Of a stretch of 32,000 nucleotides of DNA, positions 31,617 through 32,000 are shown piece by piece. Every line of letters starts with the position of its first letter. Position 1 is the stretch's first letter. The stretch is taken from contig NC_010163.1 in the NCBI RefSeq assembly GCF_000018785.1, positions 1,110,001 to 1,142,000 of the forward strand, written 5' to 3'. The DNA is from Acholeplasma laidlawii PG-8A. GTDB lineage: Bacteria > Bacillota_I > Bacilli_A > Acholeplasmatales > Acholeplasmataceae. The translations under genes were made by a program, and so were the position numbers. The notes beneath the pieces were generated by a model. The model searched no databases. It saw nothing but the letters and a program-made list of their open reading frames with translations, and was not told where the DNA came from.

Positions 31617-32000
31617 TTATACAATCCATGTTAATAATTGATAAATCAGTGGTGCAGCAATCACAGTTAAGAGCCCTGTAATGATTAATGATAGAGTTGC
31701 AACGGATGCATCAAGATCACCATATTCAATCGCTTTGGTTGTACCTACTGCATGAGAGGCAGCACCTAAGGATAAACCACGTGCAATTGGGGATGTAATT
31801 TTAAATAATTTAAAGATAGGTGGTGCAATTAGTATACCTAACACACCTGTTAACACAACAATAACAACCGTTAAGTTTTTAATACCGCCTAGGCTTTCAG
31901 ATACTGCCATAGCAATCGGTGTAGTTACTGACTTAGGAATCATCGTTGCAATCATTTCATCTGTCGTATGTAGGATAAATACAATACCTGCAATGGTTAA
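31617..32000 (-). CDS. lrgB: LrgB/CidB-family membrane protein, C-terminal part (5' end outside window)
   Basis: KSVTTPIAMAVSESLGG and hydrophobic helices. The reading frame stays open upstream of the track's Met, through to position 32000. Confidence 0.75.
   Translation of the reverse strand, partial: LTIAGIVFILHTTDEMIATMIPKSVTTPIAMAVSESLGGIKNLTVVIVVLTGVLGILIAPPIFKLFKITSPIARGLSLGAASHAVGTTKAIEYGDLDASVATLSLIITGLLTVIAAPLIYQLLTWIV

Noticed and set aside
1-32000. Checked for CRISPR arrays, rRNA/tRNA genes, transposases/IS ends, prophage genes, and use of the Mycoplasma code (TGA = Trp).
   Set aside because: I saw no spaced direct-repeat array, no tRNA-like T-arm in any spacer, and no transposase or phage structural motif. 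Several well-supported genes end in TGA exactly where family length predicts (znuC, dpnA, the 986-aa REase), so code 4 is excluded.

Overview
This is an AT-rich window (about 30% GC by eye) that uses the standard bacterial code: TGA is a stop (e.g. znuC, dpnA, the 986-aa REase) and Trp is TGG. Gene content suggests an Acholeplasma-like Mollicute or a very low-GC Firmicute, but that is inference only. All calls come from reading the sequence and from remembered family motifs; no searches were run.

Most of the window is ordinary core genome:
- 261-4963: flotillin, GlsB-type stress protein, and a lipoprotein/SHOCT/DUF4177-like operon.
- 12986-16023: Pol-beta-type nucleotidyltransferase and a CapD-type sugar dehydratase.
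- 16358-20214: pyk-pfkA facing a PPi-dependent PFK.
- 20335-25367: gdhA, an O-antigen-ligase-like membrane protein, ald and namA.
- 25676-28476: a znuA-znuC-znuB-zur operon with two Fur-type 7-1-7 operators.
- 28568-32000: ogt-GNAT, an ABC-F ATPase and a partial lrgB.

The accessory part is a defence island at about 5.0-13.0 kb:
- A complete pneumococcal-type DpnII cassette (dpnM-dpnA-dpnB, GATC) carrying an extra acidic 82-aa gene.
- A monocistronic fusion of a DpnI-C-terminal-like winged-helix (methyl-GATC reader type) to a T5orf172/GIY-YIG-like domain.
- A small serine recombinase. Its upstream spacer holds two 26-bp dyad sites with oppositely oriented AC/GT cores around a ~110-bp promoter-bearing segment, right in front of dpnM. 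This is a candidate invertible switch, or alternatively a res/six-type site.
- A SauUSI-like Type IV enzyme (PLD nuclease, SF2 helicase, DUF3427) translationally coupled to a MutT/NudG-like NUDIX gene.

Outside the island, the best non-ORF signal is a canonical guanine-type purine riboswitch (minus strand, 25512-25585). It has its own promoter and a terminator hairpin, and it sits upstream of namA-ald rather than any purine gene.
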